DNA of 64,000 bases from Limosilactobacillus gorillae (GTDB lineage: Bacteria; Pseudomonadota; Alphaproteobacteria; CAAGCB01; CAG-977). The notes under the pieces are model-generated. The model was not told the origin of the DNA. It ran no database searches and saw only the letters and a list, made by a program, of their open reading frames with translations. Positions 29,383 through 39,548 of this stretch are shown here, piece by piece (the stretch's first letter is position 1; each line of letters begins with the position of its first letter). The translations under genes and the position numbers were made by a program. The stretch is from positions 2,529 through 66,528 of the forward strand of contig CAVCSV010000008.1 of NCBI GenBank assembly GCA_963604715.1, written 5' to 3'.

Positions 29383-30675
29383 TTATCCGAACACTTTTTT
29401 GAAAATGAAATCGATTTGCGCGGTGTAGAAGTTCAAATCGAACAGGGATTCCAACTGTTCCTTGGTGATGACTTTCATCACGTCCGCATCGGATTCCAGC
29501 AAATCCTTGAACGTTCCTTCGTTCGCCCAAACTTTCATCGCGTTTCTTTGCGTCAGCTTGTACGCGTCTTCGCGCTTCAGCCCCAAATCGACCAAAGCCA
29601 GCATGACGCGTTGCGAGAAAATCAACCCCTTCAAGCGGTTCAGATTGTTCATCATGTTTTCGGGGTAAACCAGCAGCTTTTCAATGATGCCCGCCAAGCG
29701 GTTCAGGCAGAAATCCAGCCCTATCATCGCGTCGGGGGCGATGATGCGTTCGTTCGACGAATGCGAAATGTCGCGTTCGTGCCACAAAGCGACGTTTTCC
29801 ATTGCGGGAATCGTATAGGAACGCAACAGCCGCGCCAATCCCGTCAGATTTTCCGACAACACGGGGTTGCGTTTGTGCGGCATGGCGGACGATCCTTTTT
29901 GTCCCGCGGAAAAGTATTCTTCGGCTTCGCGGACTTCTGTGCGCTGCAAGTGGCGGATTTCAATCGCCAAGCGTTCAATCGACGACGCGACGACGCCGAC
30001 GGTCGCGAACAAAACGGCGTAGCGGTCGCGGGGGATGACTTGGGTCGAAACGGGTTCGGGGGTCAATCCCAGTTTGTCCGCGACATATTGCTCGACGCGC
30101 GGGTCAATGGTCGCGAACGTGCCGACCGCGCCCGAAATCGCGCAAGTCGAAACTTCCTTGCGCGCCAGTTCCAAGCGGTGCTTGTTGCGTTTGAATTCGG
30201 CGTAAAAACCCAGCATTTTCAACCCGAAAGTCGTCGGTTCGGCGTGGATGCCGTGACTGCGCCCGATGCAAAGCGTGAATTTGTGTTCCTCGGCGCGTTT
30301 TTTCAAAGCCGCCAGCAGTCTGTCCATGTCTTTGAGCAGAATGTCAACCGATTGGGTCAGGCGCATGTTGAACGACGTGTCCAAAACGTCCGAAGACGTC
30401 ATGCCTTGGTGCATATAACGCGCGCTTTCGCCGACGTTTTCGCCGACGTTGGTCAGAAAAGCGATGACGTCGTGTTTGACTTCGGCTTCAATTTCGTCAA
30501 TGCGTTTGGGGTCGAATTTGCCCTTGGCGCGGATGTCGTCGACGGCTTTTTGCGGGATTTTTCCAAGCTTCGCAAGGGCTTCGCACGCGCACGCTTCGAT
30601 TTCGAACCATGTTTGGAATTTGTTTTCGTCCGACCAGATTTTTGCCATTTCGGGGCGCGAGTAACGGGGAATCAT
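29383..30675 (-). CDS. purB: Adenylosuccinate lyase
   Basis: Fumarate-lyase signature (GSSAMPHKRNP) and full-length PurB similarity. The start is at MIPRYSRPEM. Confidence 0.9.
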   Translation of the reverse strand: MIPRYSRPEMAKIWSDENKFQTWFEIEACACEALAKLGKIPQKAVDDIRAKGKFDPKRIDEIEAEVKHDVIAFLTNVGENVGESARYMHQGMTSSDVLDTSFNMRLTQSVDILLKDMDRLLAALKKRAEEHKFTLCIGRSHGIHAEPTTFGLKMLGFYAEFKRNKHRLELARKEVSTCAISGAVGTFATIDPRVEQYVADKLGLTPEPVSTQVIPRDRYAVLFATVGVVASSIERLAIEIRHLQRTEVREAEEYFSAGQKGSSAMPHKRNPVLSENLTGLARLLRSYTIPAMENVALWHERDISHSSNERIIAPDAMIGLDFCLNRLAGIIEKLLVYPENMMNNLNRLKGLIFSQRVMLALVDLGLKREDAYKLTQRNAMKVWANEGTFKDLLESDADVMKVITKEQLESLFDLNFYTAQIDFIFKKVFG

Positions 30676-30743
30676 TGTTTTTTCCTTTAACCGAGTTTCA
30701 AAAATGATTACAATACAATGTAATATGACTGAAGGAGAAAAAA

Positions 30744-31049
30744 ATGCAAACACAAACCGTCATTCGCGCCGTTGATTATGTTCCGACCAAAGCGGATTTG
30801 GCTGAAAATCCCGATGTGGTCGCCGAAGACGTTGTTACGCGTTTGTTCGGGGCGTCCCCCGATTACACGCAGCCCGAATACGAAAAATTGTGGCAGGAAG
30901 TCTTTGACGCCGACGAATCCGCGACAATCGCCTATTGCCGCGAAAAGGGCATCGACGTTTTGGACGACGCCGAAAATCCCGTCGAAAAATGGCGCGATAT
31001 TGCCGTGATGCTCAAAGCCGTCGATTCAGGTCTGCTGAAAAAAGACTAA
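30744..31049 (+). CDS. Hypothetical small acidic protein (101 aa)
   Basis: A clean ORF between purB and the DUF1015 gene. No family was recognised with confidence. Confidence 0.5.
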   Translation: MQTQTVIRAVDYVPTKADLAENPDVVAEDVVTRLFGASPDYTQPEYEKLWQEVFDADESATIAYCREKGIDVLDDAENPVEKWRDIAVMLKAVDSGLLKKD

Positions 31050-32275
31050 ATCGGATTGGACACCAGTCCGTCAACCAGCTTCGGTTCAAACCATGTCGAT
31101 TTCGGGGGCATGACCTGTCCCGAATCCGCAACGGCGGTCAATTCCGTCATCTGCGTCGGATAAAGCGCGAACGCGACAGCCATTTCCCCGCTGTCCACGC
31201 GCTTTTTCAGTTCTTTCAACCCGCGCATGCCGCCGACAAAGTCGATGCGTTTGTCGGTGCGCGGGTCTTTGATTCCCAACAGCGGCGTCAATACCAAATC
31301 GGACAGGATGCTGACGTCCAGCGCTTTGACGGGATCGGCGGGTGCGGCATGCTTGGTTTTCAGTTCGTACCACTGCCCCGCCAGATACATGCCGAACATT
31401 CCTTTTTCGGACGGTTTTGCTTGATTAACCAAAGAAACCGTAAAGCTTTCCTTTAAGCTTTCCAAAAACTTTTGCACGGTTAATCCGTTCAAGTCTTTGA
31501 CAACGCGATTGTAATCCAGAATTTTCATTTCGGAAATCGGAAAAGCCACCGCCAAAAAGTAATTGTAATCTTCGTTTCCCGTGTGGTTCGGATTGGCTTT
31601 GGCGCGGGCTTTCGCAACGCGGGACGCGGCGGCGGAACGGTGATGCCCGTCGGCGATGTAAACGACGTCCTGTTTGTCGAAAGCGGCAGTAATCGCGGCG
31701 ATGTCCGCGTCGTCGTCAATCACCCACAAAGCGTGGCGAATGGCGTTGTCGCCCGTGATTTCGTAAGCGGGGGCGGCTTTAACCGTTTTTTTGATAATCG
31801 CGTCGATTTCGGGAATTTGTCTGTACGCCAGCAAAGCGGGACCCGTTTGTGCGTTCAAAGCGTCGATTTGACGCACGCGGTCGTCCTCTTTGTCGATGCG
31901 GGTGAATTCGTGGCGGCGGATGCGGTTTTTATCGTATTCGGCAACGCTTGCCGCGACCGCCAGTCCCGTTTGGACGTGGTCGCCCATAATCGCACGGTAA
32001 ACGTAATAGCAGGGCTTTTCATCCTGCTTCAAGACGCCTTTTTCCAGCAAAGCGCGGTAATTTTCGGCGGATTTGGCGTAAACGGCGGGCGAATACGGGT
32101 CGGTGTTTTCGGGCAAATCGATTTCCGCCTTAGAAATATGTAGAAAAGAGTACGGTTTTCCGTTAGCCTTTTGGCGGGCTTCCTCGGCGTTCAAAACGTC
32201 GTAAGGGGGCGCGGCGACTTCCTGCGCGAAGGCGGGAACGGGACGGACGGCTTTAAAGGGACGGAACAAAGGCAT
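31046..32275 (-). CDS. DUF1015-family protein
   Basis: The canonical N-terminus MPLFRPFKAVRPVPAFAQEVAAPPYDV. The start is preceded by aggag. Confidence 0.8.
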   Translation of the reverse strand: MPLFRPFKAVRPVPAFAQEVAAPPYDVLNAEEARQKANGKPYSFLHISKAEIDLPENTDPYSPAVYAKSAENYRALLEKGVLKQDEKPCYYVYRAIMGDHVQTGLAVAASVAEYDKNRIRRHEFTRIDKEDDRVRQIDALNAQTGPALLAYRQIPEIDAIIKKTVKAAPAYEITGDNAIRHALWVIDDDADIAAITAAFDKQDVVYIADGHHRSAAASRVAKARAKANPNHTGNEDYNYFLAVAFPISEMKILDYNRVVKDLNGLTVQKFLESLKESFTVSLVNQAKPSEKGMFGMYLAGQWYELKTKHAAPADPVKALDVSILSDLVLTPLLGIKDPRTDKRIDFVGGMRGLKELKKRVDSGEMAVAFALYPTQMTELTAVADSGQVMPPKSTWFEPKLVDGLVSNPI

Positions 32276-33227
32276 GACATACTCCTGTGAAAACGATAAT
32301 GCTTGTTGTAGCGCAAATTCGTCCGAAAAAAAAGCGATTCTTGTCGCAGGGGCGACGGCGTCGGGAAAATCGGGTTTGGCGTTGGAACTGGCGGAAAAAA
32401 TCGGCGGAGTTGTTGTCAACGCCGACAGTATGCAGGTGTACGCGGACGTGCCGACTTTGACCGCCCGCCCGACGGCGGAGGAGATGAGGGGCATTCCTCA
32501 CCGTTTATACGGATTTTTGCCGCCCGACGCGTCTTTTTCCGCCGTCAAGTGGGTGCAGGCGGCAAAAGCGGAACTAAAACGCGTTTGGCAAAGCGGGAAA
32601 ACGCCGATTGTCGTCGGCGGCACGGGGCTTTATTTTCAAACGCTGACGGACGGCATATCGCCCGTTCCCGAAACCGCACCAGAAATCCGCGCGAAAATCC
32701 GCGGGGAAATCGAAAAAATCGGTTTTGAAAAATTCGCCGCCGCTTTTCGGGAAAAAGATCCGACTTTCGCCTTTACCGACCCGCAAAGAATTGTCCGCGC
32801 GGCGGAAGTGCTGGAACAAACGGGCGAAAGCATTACGGTTTGGCAGAAAAAGCCGTATCAAAAGCAGGTCGATGCCCGTTTTTGGTCGATTTTTTTGAAT
32901 CCCGACCGCGCCGAGCTTTACAATCGCTGCAACGAACGGTTTTTGCGGATGATGAACGGCGCGGCGGTGGCGGAGGTCGAAACGCTGCTTGCCAGGCATC
33001 CGCCGCGGGATTCCTTGATAATGAAAGCCATCGGCGTTGCGGAAATCGCGGCGATGCTCAACGGCGAAATTTTCAAAGCTCAAGCCGTCGAACACGCGCA
33101 GCAGATGACCCGCAACTACGCAAAAAGACAAATAACGTGGTTTAGCCGTAGATTTCACGCGGATTTTGTTGTATTAAATCAGAAAACGGATGATATATTA
33201 ACCAACGTTTTACACTTCTTGGGCTAA
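32274..33227 (+). CDS. miaA: tRNA dimethylallyltransferase MiaA
   Basis: P-loop (AILVAGATASGKSG) and full MiaA similarity. No alternative in-frame start exists downstream of 32274. Confidence 0.85.
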   Translation: MTYSCENDNACCSANSSEKKAILVAGATASGKSGLALELAEKIGGVVVNADSMQVYADVPTLTARPTAEEMRGIPHRLYGFLPPDASFSAVKWVQAAKAELKRVWQSGKTPIVVGGTGLYFQTLTDGISPVPETAPEIRAKIRGEIEKIGFEKFAAAFREKDPTFAFTDPQRIVRAAEVLEQTGESITVWQKKPYQKQVDARFWSIFLNPDRAELYNRCNERFLRMMNGAAVAEVETLLARHPPRDSLIMKAIGVAEIAAMLNGEIFKAQAVEHAQQMTRNYAKRQITWFSRRFHADFVVLNQKTDDILTNVLHFLG

Positions 33228-33289
33228 ATTAACGCAAAGGCATCCGCCGTTCCGACGGGTGCGAATCGGGATGAAACTTTAGAATTTAA

Positions 33290-34339
<1,050 letters not shown>

Positions 34340-34359
34340 TCCGATTTAGGGATTAAGTC

Positions 34360-35226
34360 ATGGCAAAACAGAGCGGCACGACATCGCTGTATCAGCTGAA
34401 ATCGAAACTGCAGCGTTTCGGTTTGCTGGCTTTGGTCATGGCGGCGTTCGGGCTGATGCTGTTGGGCAAAGCCGATACGATTCTGGTCGAAAAAGGGCGT
34501 ATTTTGTTCAACGACATTACGACGCCCGTTTTGGCTTTGCTGTCGAAGCCTGCCGAAACCGTATCGGGCTTTATACAGAACATCCATGAATTGGTTTCCA
34601 TCCGTCAGGAAAACAACCGTTTGCGCGACGAAAATCAGCGGTTGAATCTGATAAAGCTGGAAACGGAAAGACTGCGCAAGGAAAACGCGTATCTGAGCGG
34701 TTTGCTGAACTATGTCCCGCCCCCCGAAGCCGTGTCGATTTCGTCGCGCGTCATTGCCGACACGGGAAATTCGTTTGCGCAGTCTTTGATTGCTTTTGTC
34801 GGGGCGAAACAGGAAATCGAAAAAGGCAACGTCGTTTTGACGGGCGACGGGCTGGTCGGTCGGATTGCGTCCGTCGGCGTAAACGCGGCGCGGATTTTGT
34901 TGATTACGGACATCAACTCGCGCGTGCCCGTGAAAATCGAACCGATTGACGTTCCCGCGATTTTGGCGGGGGACAATACCGAATATCCGCAGCTGATTTC
35001 TTTCCCGAACAATGTTCGCGTGTCCGTCGGCGACAGAATTGCAACGTCGGGGCTGGCAGGGGTGTATCCCGCGGGATTGCCCGTCGGAACGGTGATTTCC
35101 GTCAACGACGGCGTGGTCAAAGTCCGTCCTTTTGTCAACAGAAACCACTTGGAAGTGGTGCGTATCGTCGATTATGGTCTGTCGGGACTGATTGCGGATC
35201 CGAAATGCGAAACAGTTTTGCCGTAA
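34360..35226 (+). CDS. mreC: Rod shape-determining protein MreC
   Basis: N-terminal TM helix, coiled coil and beta domains, in the mreBCD order. Confidence 0.85.
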   Translation: MAKQSGTTSLYQLKSKLQRFGLLALVMAAFGLMLLGKADTILVEKGRILFNDITTPVLALLSKPAETVSGFIQNIHELVSIRQENNRLRDENQRLNLIKLETERLRKENAYLSGLLNYVPPPEAVSISSRVIADTGNSFAQSLIAFVGAKQEIEKGNVVLTGDGLVGRIASVGVNAARILLITDINSRVPVKIEPIDVPAILAGDNTEYPQLISFPNNVRVSVGDRIATSGLAGVYPAGLPVGTVISVNDGVVKVRPFVNRNHLEVVRIVDYGLSGLIADPKCETVLP

Positions 35227-35750
35227 AACAAACTTTTGTGCAATCGCTGGTCGAACGGTTTTGGGTTGAATCGCCGAAATTGCTGACTGCGCTGATTTTG
35301 CTGTTTTCCGTCGCGCCGACGTATTTGCCGGGGTATTCGTCCGTCCGTCCCGCCATGACGCTGATTCCGATTTTTTATTGGGCGATATACAGGTCGTACA
35401 GTTTTTCGATTATTTGCGCGTTTTTGTTTGGGCTGGCGCTGGATTTGCTGGACAGTACGCCGCTGGGGGTCAACACGTTTGTTTTTACCGTGTTTTATTT
35501 GCTTGCCGATTCCCAGCGCCGTTTTTTGAACGGAAAGCCGTTCGGTTTTGTTTGGTTCGGATTCGCGGTGCTGTCGCTGGCGGCTTATTTTTTGAAGTGG
35601 CTGTTCGTTTCGATTAACTATGCGGCGTTTACGCCCGTCGGCATTGCGCTGTTAAGCTGGTTTTTGCTGACAATCGTTTATCCGCTGCTGGTTTTTCCGT
35701 GCGCAAAACTGCATCTGTACCTGTTGGACAAAGAAAATGATAACGCGTGA
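35205..35750 (+). CDS. mreD: Rod shape-determining protein MreD
   Basis: A small polytopic membrane protein sitting between mreC and mrdA. Confidence 0.75.
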   Translation: MRNSFAVKQTFVQSLVERFWVESPKLLTALILLFSVAPTYLPGYSSVRPAMTLIPIFYWAIYRSYSFSIICAFLFGLALDLLDSTPLGVNTFVFTVFYLLADSQRRFLNGKPFGFVWFGFAVLSLAAYFLKWLFVSINYAAFTPVGIALLSWFLLTIVYPLLVFPCAKLHLYLLDKENDNA

Positions 35751-37617
35751 CGGTGACAAAGGCAAAATGTTGACGCGCCGCGCCGCTATGGTTGCGGGCG
35801 GAGAGCTGTTTTTGTCGTCGATTCTGCTGGGGCGGATGTACTGGCTGCAGGTTTTGGAATCCGACCGTTACAAAACGCTGGCGGAGGAAAACCGCATCAG
35901 CACGCGCCTGCTTGCCCCGCCGCGCGGGCTGATTTACGACAGATTCGGCAAAGTGCTGGCGGACAACAACCAAAACTTCCGCGCTTTGGTGATTTCCGAA
36001 CAGACCGAGGGCAATTTGAACGCGACATTGGAAGCGCTGAACAAAATCCTGCCGCTGACCGACAACGAAATTCAGCGCATCCGCCGCGAAGTTCGCCGTT
36101 CCCGCGACTTTACGCCCGTAACCGTCCGCGAAAACCTGTCTTGGGAAGATATGGCGGCGATTCAGCTGAACGCGCCCGATTTGCCGGGGATTATCATTGA
36201 CGAGGGACTGAGCCGCTATTACCCCTGTCATGAGGAAAACGCCCATGTTTTGGGCTATGTCGGCGTCGTGTCCGAACAGGAAATCGCAAACAGCAGCAAT
36301 CCTTTGTGGAAACTGCCGGGATTCCGCATCGGCAAAGCGGGCATTGAACTGCAGTACAACACCGAACTGTGCGGCAAAGAGGGTGCCCAGCGTGTCGAAG
36401 TCAACGCCGTCGGGCGCGTGATTCGCGAAATCGAACGCGACGAAGGGGCGGCGGGAAAATCGCTGCCTTTGACCATTGACGAGCGGCTGCAGGAAATCGC
36501 TTACAAAAAAATGAAAGGTCACAGCGGCAGCGCGGTTTTGCTGGATATTTACACGGGTGAAGTGCTGATGATGGCGTCGACGCCCGCTTTCGACCCGAAT
36601 GCGTTCAACCGCGGCTTGACGCCCGAAGAATGGAAAGCCCTGTCGAACAACGACAAAAAACCGTTGATGAACAAAGCGTTGGGCGGGCTGTATTCCCCCG
36701 GTTCGACGTTTAAAATGGTGGTGGCGCTGGCGGCGCTGGAAGCGGGCGTCATCCGTCCCGATACAAAAATCGACTGCCGCGGCTATACCATGATGGGCAA
36801 CCACCGCTTTCATTGTTGGAAAGGCGGCGGACACGGCGAATTGAATCTGAAAGAAGCGCTGATGCATTCATGCGACATTTACTTTTATGAAATCGCGCGG
36901 CGCACGGGCATCGACAAGATTGCGGCAATGGCGAAAAAATTCGGATTCGGGTCTTTGACGGGCATCAATCTGCCGGGGGAAAAAGCAGGACTGATGCCAA
37001 CCCGCCATTGGAAAGAAATGGTGCTGGGCGAACAATGGCTGCAGGGCGACACCTACAACGTCGGCATCGGTCAGGGGGCGATTTTGGCGACGCCCTTGCA
37101 GCTGGCGGTCATGGTCGCGGCTTTGGCGAACGACGGCATTAAAGTCAAACCGACGCTGATTGTTCCCGAAAACAGAAATCCGAACGCGACGCAGGGCGAG
37201 TATCTGAATATCTCGAAAAACTATTTGCAGCTGATGCGCGACGGAATGTTCGAAGTCGTCAATAATCCCAAAGGTACGGCGAAATGGGCGCATGTCGACG
37301 TTGACGGCAAGCTGATTGCGGGCAAAACGGGCACAACGCAGGTCAAGCGCATTTCCATGAAAGAACGCGAACAGGGATTGAAACGGCAGGAAGATTTGCC
37401 GTGGGAGGACAGAAACCACGCATTGTTCGTAACATTCGGACCGACGGACAATCCGCGCTATGCTTTGGCGGTTGTGATTGAACACGGCGGCGGCGGTTCG
37501 ACGTCCGCGGCGCCGATTGCGCGCGACATTATGCGCGCCGCGCTGAAGCTTGACCCCGCCGCGAAACCGCCCGTCAAACCGCATAAAACCATCATTTCTT
37601 CGGGAGGAAACAAATGA
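35737..37617 (+). CDS. mrdA: Penicillin-binding protein 2 (peptidoglycan D,D-transpeptidase MrdA)
   Basis: Transpeptidase motifs (STFK, SCD, KTGT). The start may instead be the downstream MLTRR. Confidence 0.9.
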   Translation: MITRDGDKGKMLTRRAAMVAGGELFLSSILLGRMYWLQVLESDRYKTLAEENRISTRLLAPPRGLIYDRFGKVLADNNQNFRALVISEQTEGNLNATLEALNKILPLTDNEIQRIRREVRRSRDFTPVTVRENLSWEDMAAIQLNAPDLPGIIIDEGLSRYYPCHEENAHVLGYVGVVSEQEIANSSNPLWKLPGFRIGKAGIELQYNTELCGKEGAQRVEVNAVGRVIREIERDEGAAGKSLPLTIDERLQEIAYKKMKGHSGSAVLLDIYTGEVLMMASTPAFDPNAFNRGLTPEEWKALSNNDKKPLMNKALGGLYSPGSTFKMVVALAALEAGVIRPDTKIDCRGYTMMGNHRFHCWKGGGHGELNLKEALMHSCDIYFYEIARRTGIDKIAAMAKKFGFGSLTGINLPGEKAGLMPTRHWKEMVLGEQWLQGDTYNVGIGQGAILATPLQLAVMVAALANDGIKVKPTLIVPENRNPNATQGEYLNISKNYLQLMRDGMFEVVNNPKGTAKWAHVDVDGKLIAGKTGTTQVKRISMKEREQGLKRQEDLPWEDRNHALFVTFGPTDNPRYALAVVIEHGGGGSTSAAPIARDIMRAALKLDPAAKPPVKPHKTIISSGGNK

Positions 37618-38765
37618 AATTGTCCTCTTTTCGCTTCAATCGGACGGAAATGACGCTGAAAGACCGCTTTTTGCGGCTCAGCTGGTTTTATGTTTTTCTG
37701 ATTTGCATGGTTGCCGCAACGGGATTGGTGGTTTTGTACGCCGCCGCGAACGGCAGTTGGAATCCGTGGGCGTCCAAACAGTTTGTCCGCTTTTGTTTGG
37801 GATTCTGCGTGATGATTGTCGTCGGAATGACGAATTTGCGCTTTTGGCTGAAATACGCCTATGCTTTTTACACCGTCGCCGTGATTATGCTGTTCATCGT
37901 CGAATTTTTCGGGCACGATGCAATGGGGGCGCAGCGGTGGCTGAATCTGGGATTTATCAAAGTTCAGCCGTCCGAATTGATGAAAATCGCGCTGATTTTG
38001 GCACTGTCGCGGTATTTTCACGGCGGGTCTTTGCAGGATGCGCAAAGCATGTCGTATATTGTCGCGCCGACTTTGATGGTGCTGCTGCCCGTTGCGCTGG
38101 TGTTGAAACAGCCCGATTTGGGAACGGCGGTTTTAATGGCGTCGGGGGCGGTCGTTTTGTTTTTTCTGGTCGGCGTCCAGATATGGAAATTCGGCGTTGT
38201 GGGCTTTTTGGGGCTGTTGTCGTTGCCGATTGGCTGGCGGTTCCTGCACGATTATCAAAAGGAGCGCGTTTACACGTTCCTTGACCCCGAACGCGACCCG
38301 CTGGGCAAAGGATACCATATTCTGCAATCCAAAATCACGCTCGGTTCGGGCGGTATTTTCGGCAAGGGATTTTTGCAGGGAACGCAAAGCCGCTTAAACT
38401 TTCTGCCCGAAAAGCAGACGGACTTCATCTTTACCGTTTTGGCGGAAGAGTTCGGTTTGGTCGGTTCCGTTTCGCTGCTGATGCTGTACTTGGCTTTGAT
38501 TTTTTACGGATGCCTGATTGCGTTCCGTTCCACCAGCTTTTTCGGGCGGATATTGGCGTTGGGGTTGTCGGCAAACCTGTTTTTGTACGTTTTCATCAAT
38601 ATCGCGATGGTAATGGGACTGCTGCCCGTCGTGGGCGTGCCTTTGCCGATGATTTCATATGGTGGCACGGTGATGCTGACGCTGATGTTTTCGTTCGGAT
38701 TGATTGAGTGCGTCAACGTCAACCGCGACGTCCAAATCGGACGCCGCGGCGCATACGACGATTAG
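37614..38765 (+). CDS. mrdB: Peptidoglycan glycosyltransferase RodA (SEDS family)
   Basis: A 10-TM SEDS protein in the mreBCD-mrdA-rodA order, with an ATGA overlap. Confidence 0.9.
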   Translation: MKLSSFRFNRTEMTLKDRFLRLSWFYVFLICMVAATGLVVLYAAANGSWNPWASKQFVRFCLGFCVMIVVGMTNLRFWLKYAYAFYTVAVIMLFIVEFFGHDAMGAQRWLNLGFIKVQPSELMKIALILALSRYFHGGSLQDAQSMSYIVAPTLMVLLPVALVLKQPDLGTAVLMASGAVVLFFLVGVQIWKFGVVGFLGLLSLPIGWRFLHDYQKERVYTFLDPERDPLGKGYHILQSKITLGSGGIFGKGFLQGTQSRLNFLPEKQTDFIFTVLAEEFGLVGSVSLLMLYLALIFYGCLIAFRSTSFFGRILALGLSANLFLYVFINIAMVMGLLPVVGVPLPMISYGGTVMLTLMFSFGLIECVNVNRDVQIGRRGAYDD

Positions 38766-39469
38766 TCTTTGGCGGCTTTCGCGGCGGCTTTGGCTTCCTC
38801 GCGCGCCTTTTGTTCGGCGGCTTTCTTGGCGGCGGCTTCGCGTTCGGCTTGGTCGCGGATAAGCGCGTCAATCAAGGGGTTTCCCGCGCTTTGCGGCGCT
38901 TTTTCTTCGACTTCGTTTTTGAATTCCGACACATCGACGCCGAAATCGCGGTATTCCTGTTCAACGTCCTTTTCGTATTGTTCGATTTCTTTCTGCCGGT
39001 GGGCGTCGTACATTTCAATCAGCTGCAGCGTGCTTTGAATCAAAGGATTCGCCATTGAAATTTCGTCCAGATTCATTTTGGTTTCAATGGAGTTGCGGAA
39101 CGGAATGGCTTTTTCGTTGCCCAGCAGAACGGCGGTTTGGAACCATTTGTACGCAAAGATGTTGCTGAACGGCACGCCTTTGCCCGATTCGTACAGTTGC
39201 CCCAATTCGATTTGCGCGTCCGTATGGTTGCGCATGGCGGCGGACGTAAAGCAGTCGGCGGCGGCGATGTAGGATTCTTCTGCGTTGTCTTCCAGCAGCA
39301 TTTTTCCGCGTTCGTACAAAGCGGCGGGGTCGGTCATTTTTGCGCAAACGGCGGCGGCATTGATGTATTTCGACAGCATGGCTTCCGACGAATCCTGCAG
39401 GTTTGTCTGAGCGACGGCGGCGGCGCTTTGAACAAAAAACGGCAACGAGAAAAGAAATACCTTGAACAC
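38762..39469 (-). CDS. Secreted Sel1-repeat protein (235 aa)
   Basis: A signal peptide followed by Sel1-like repeats (AQIELGQLYESGKGVP…). The C-terminus is a lysine/alanine/glutamate-rich tail. Confidence 0.7.
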   Translation of the reverse strand: MFKVFLFSLPFFVQSAAAVAQTNLQDSSEAMLSKYINAAAVCAKMTDPAALYERGKMLLEDNAEESYIAAADCFTSAAMRNHTDAQIELGQLYESGKGVPFSNIFAYKWFQTAVLLGNEKAIPFRNSIETKMNLDEISMANPLIQSTLQLIEMYDAHRQKEIEQYEKDVEQEYRDFGVDVSEFKNEVEEKAPQSAGNPLIDALIRDQAEREAAAKKAAEQKAREEAKAAAKAAKD

Positions 39470-39548
39470 GAACCCATATCCTTAAATAATGTAAAACAAT
39501 CGGCGACAGACGCCGCCTTTTGTGGATTCTAAGCTAAAAGAGCGAAAA

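Noticed and set aside
30744-31049. Considered calling the 101 aa acidic protein a DUF1476/ATPase-inhibitor zeta subunit
   Set aside because: Its sequence does not resemble the Paracoccus zeta subunit I can recall. It is left as hypothetical.
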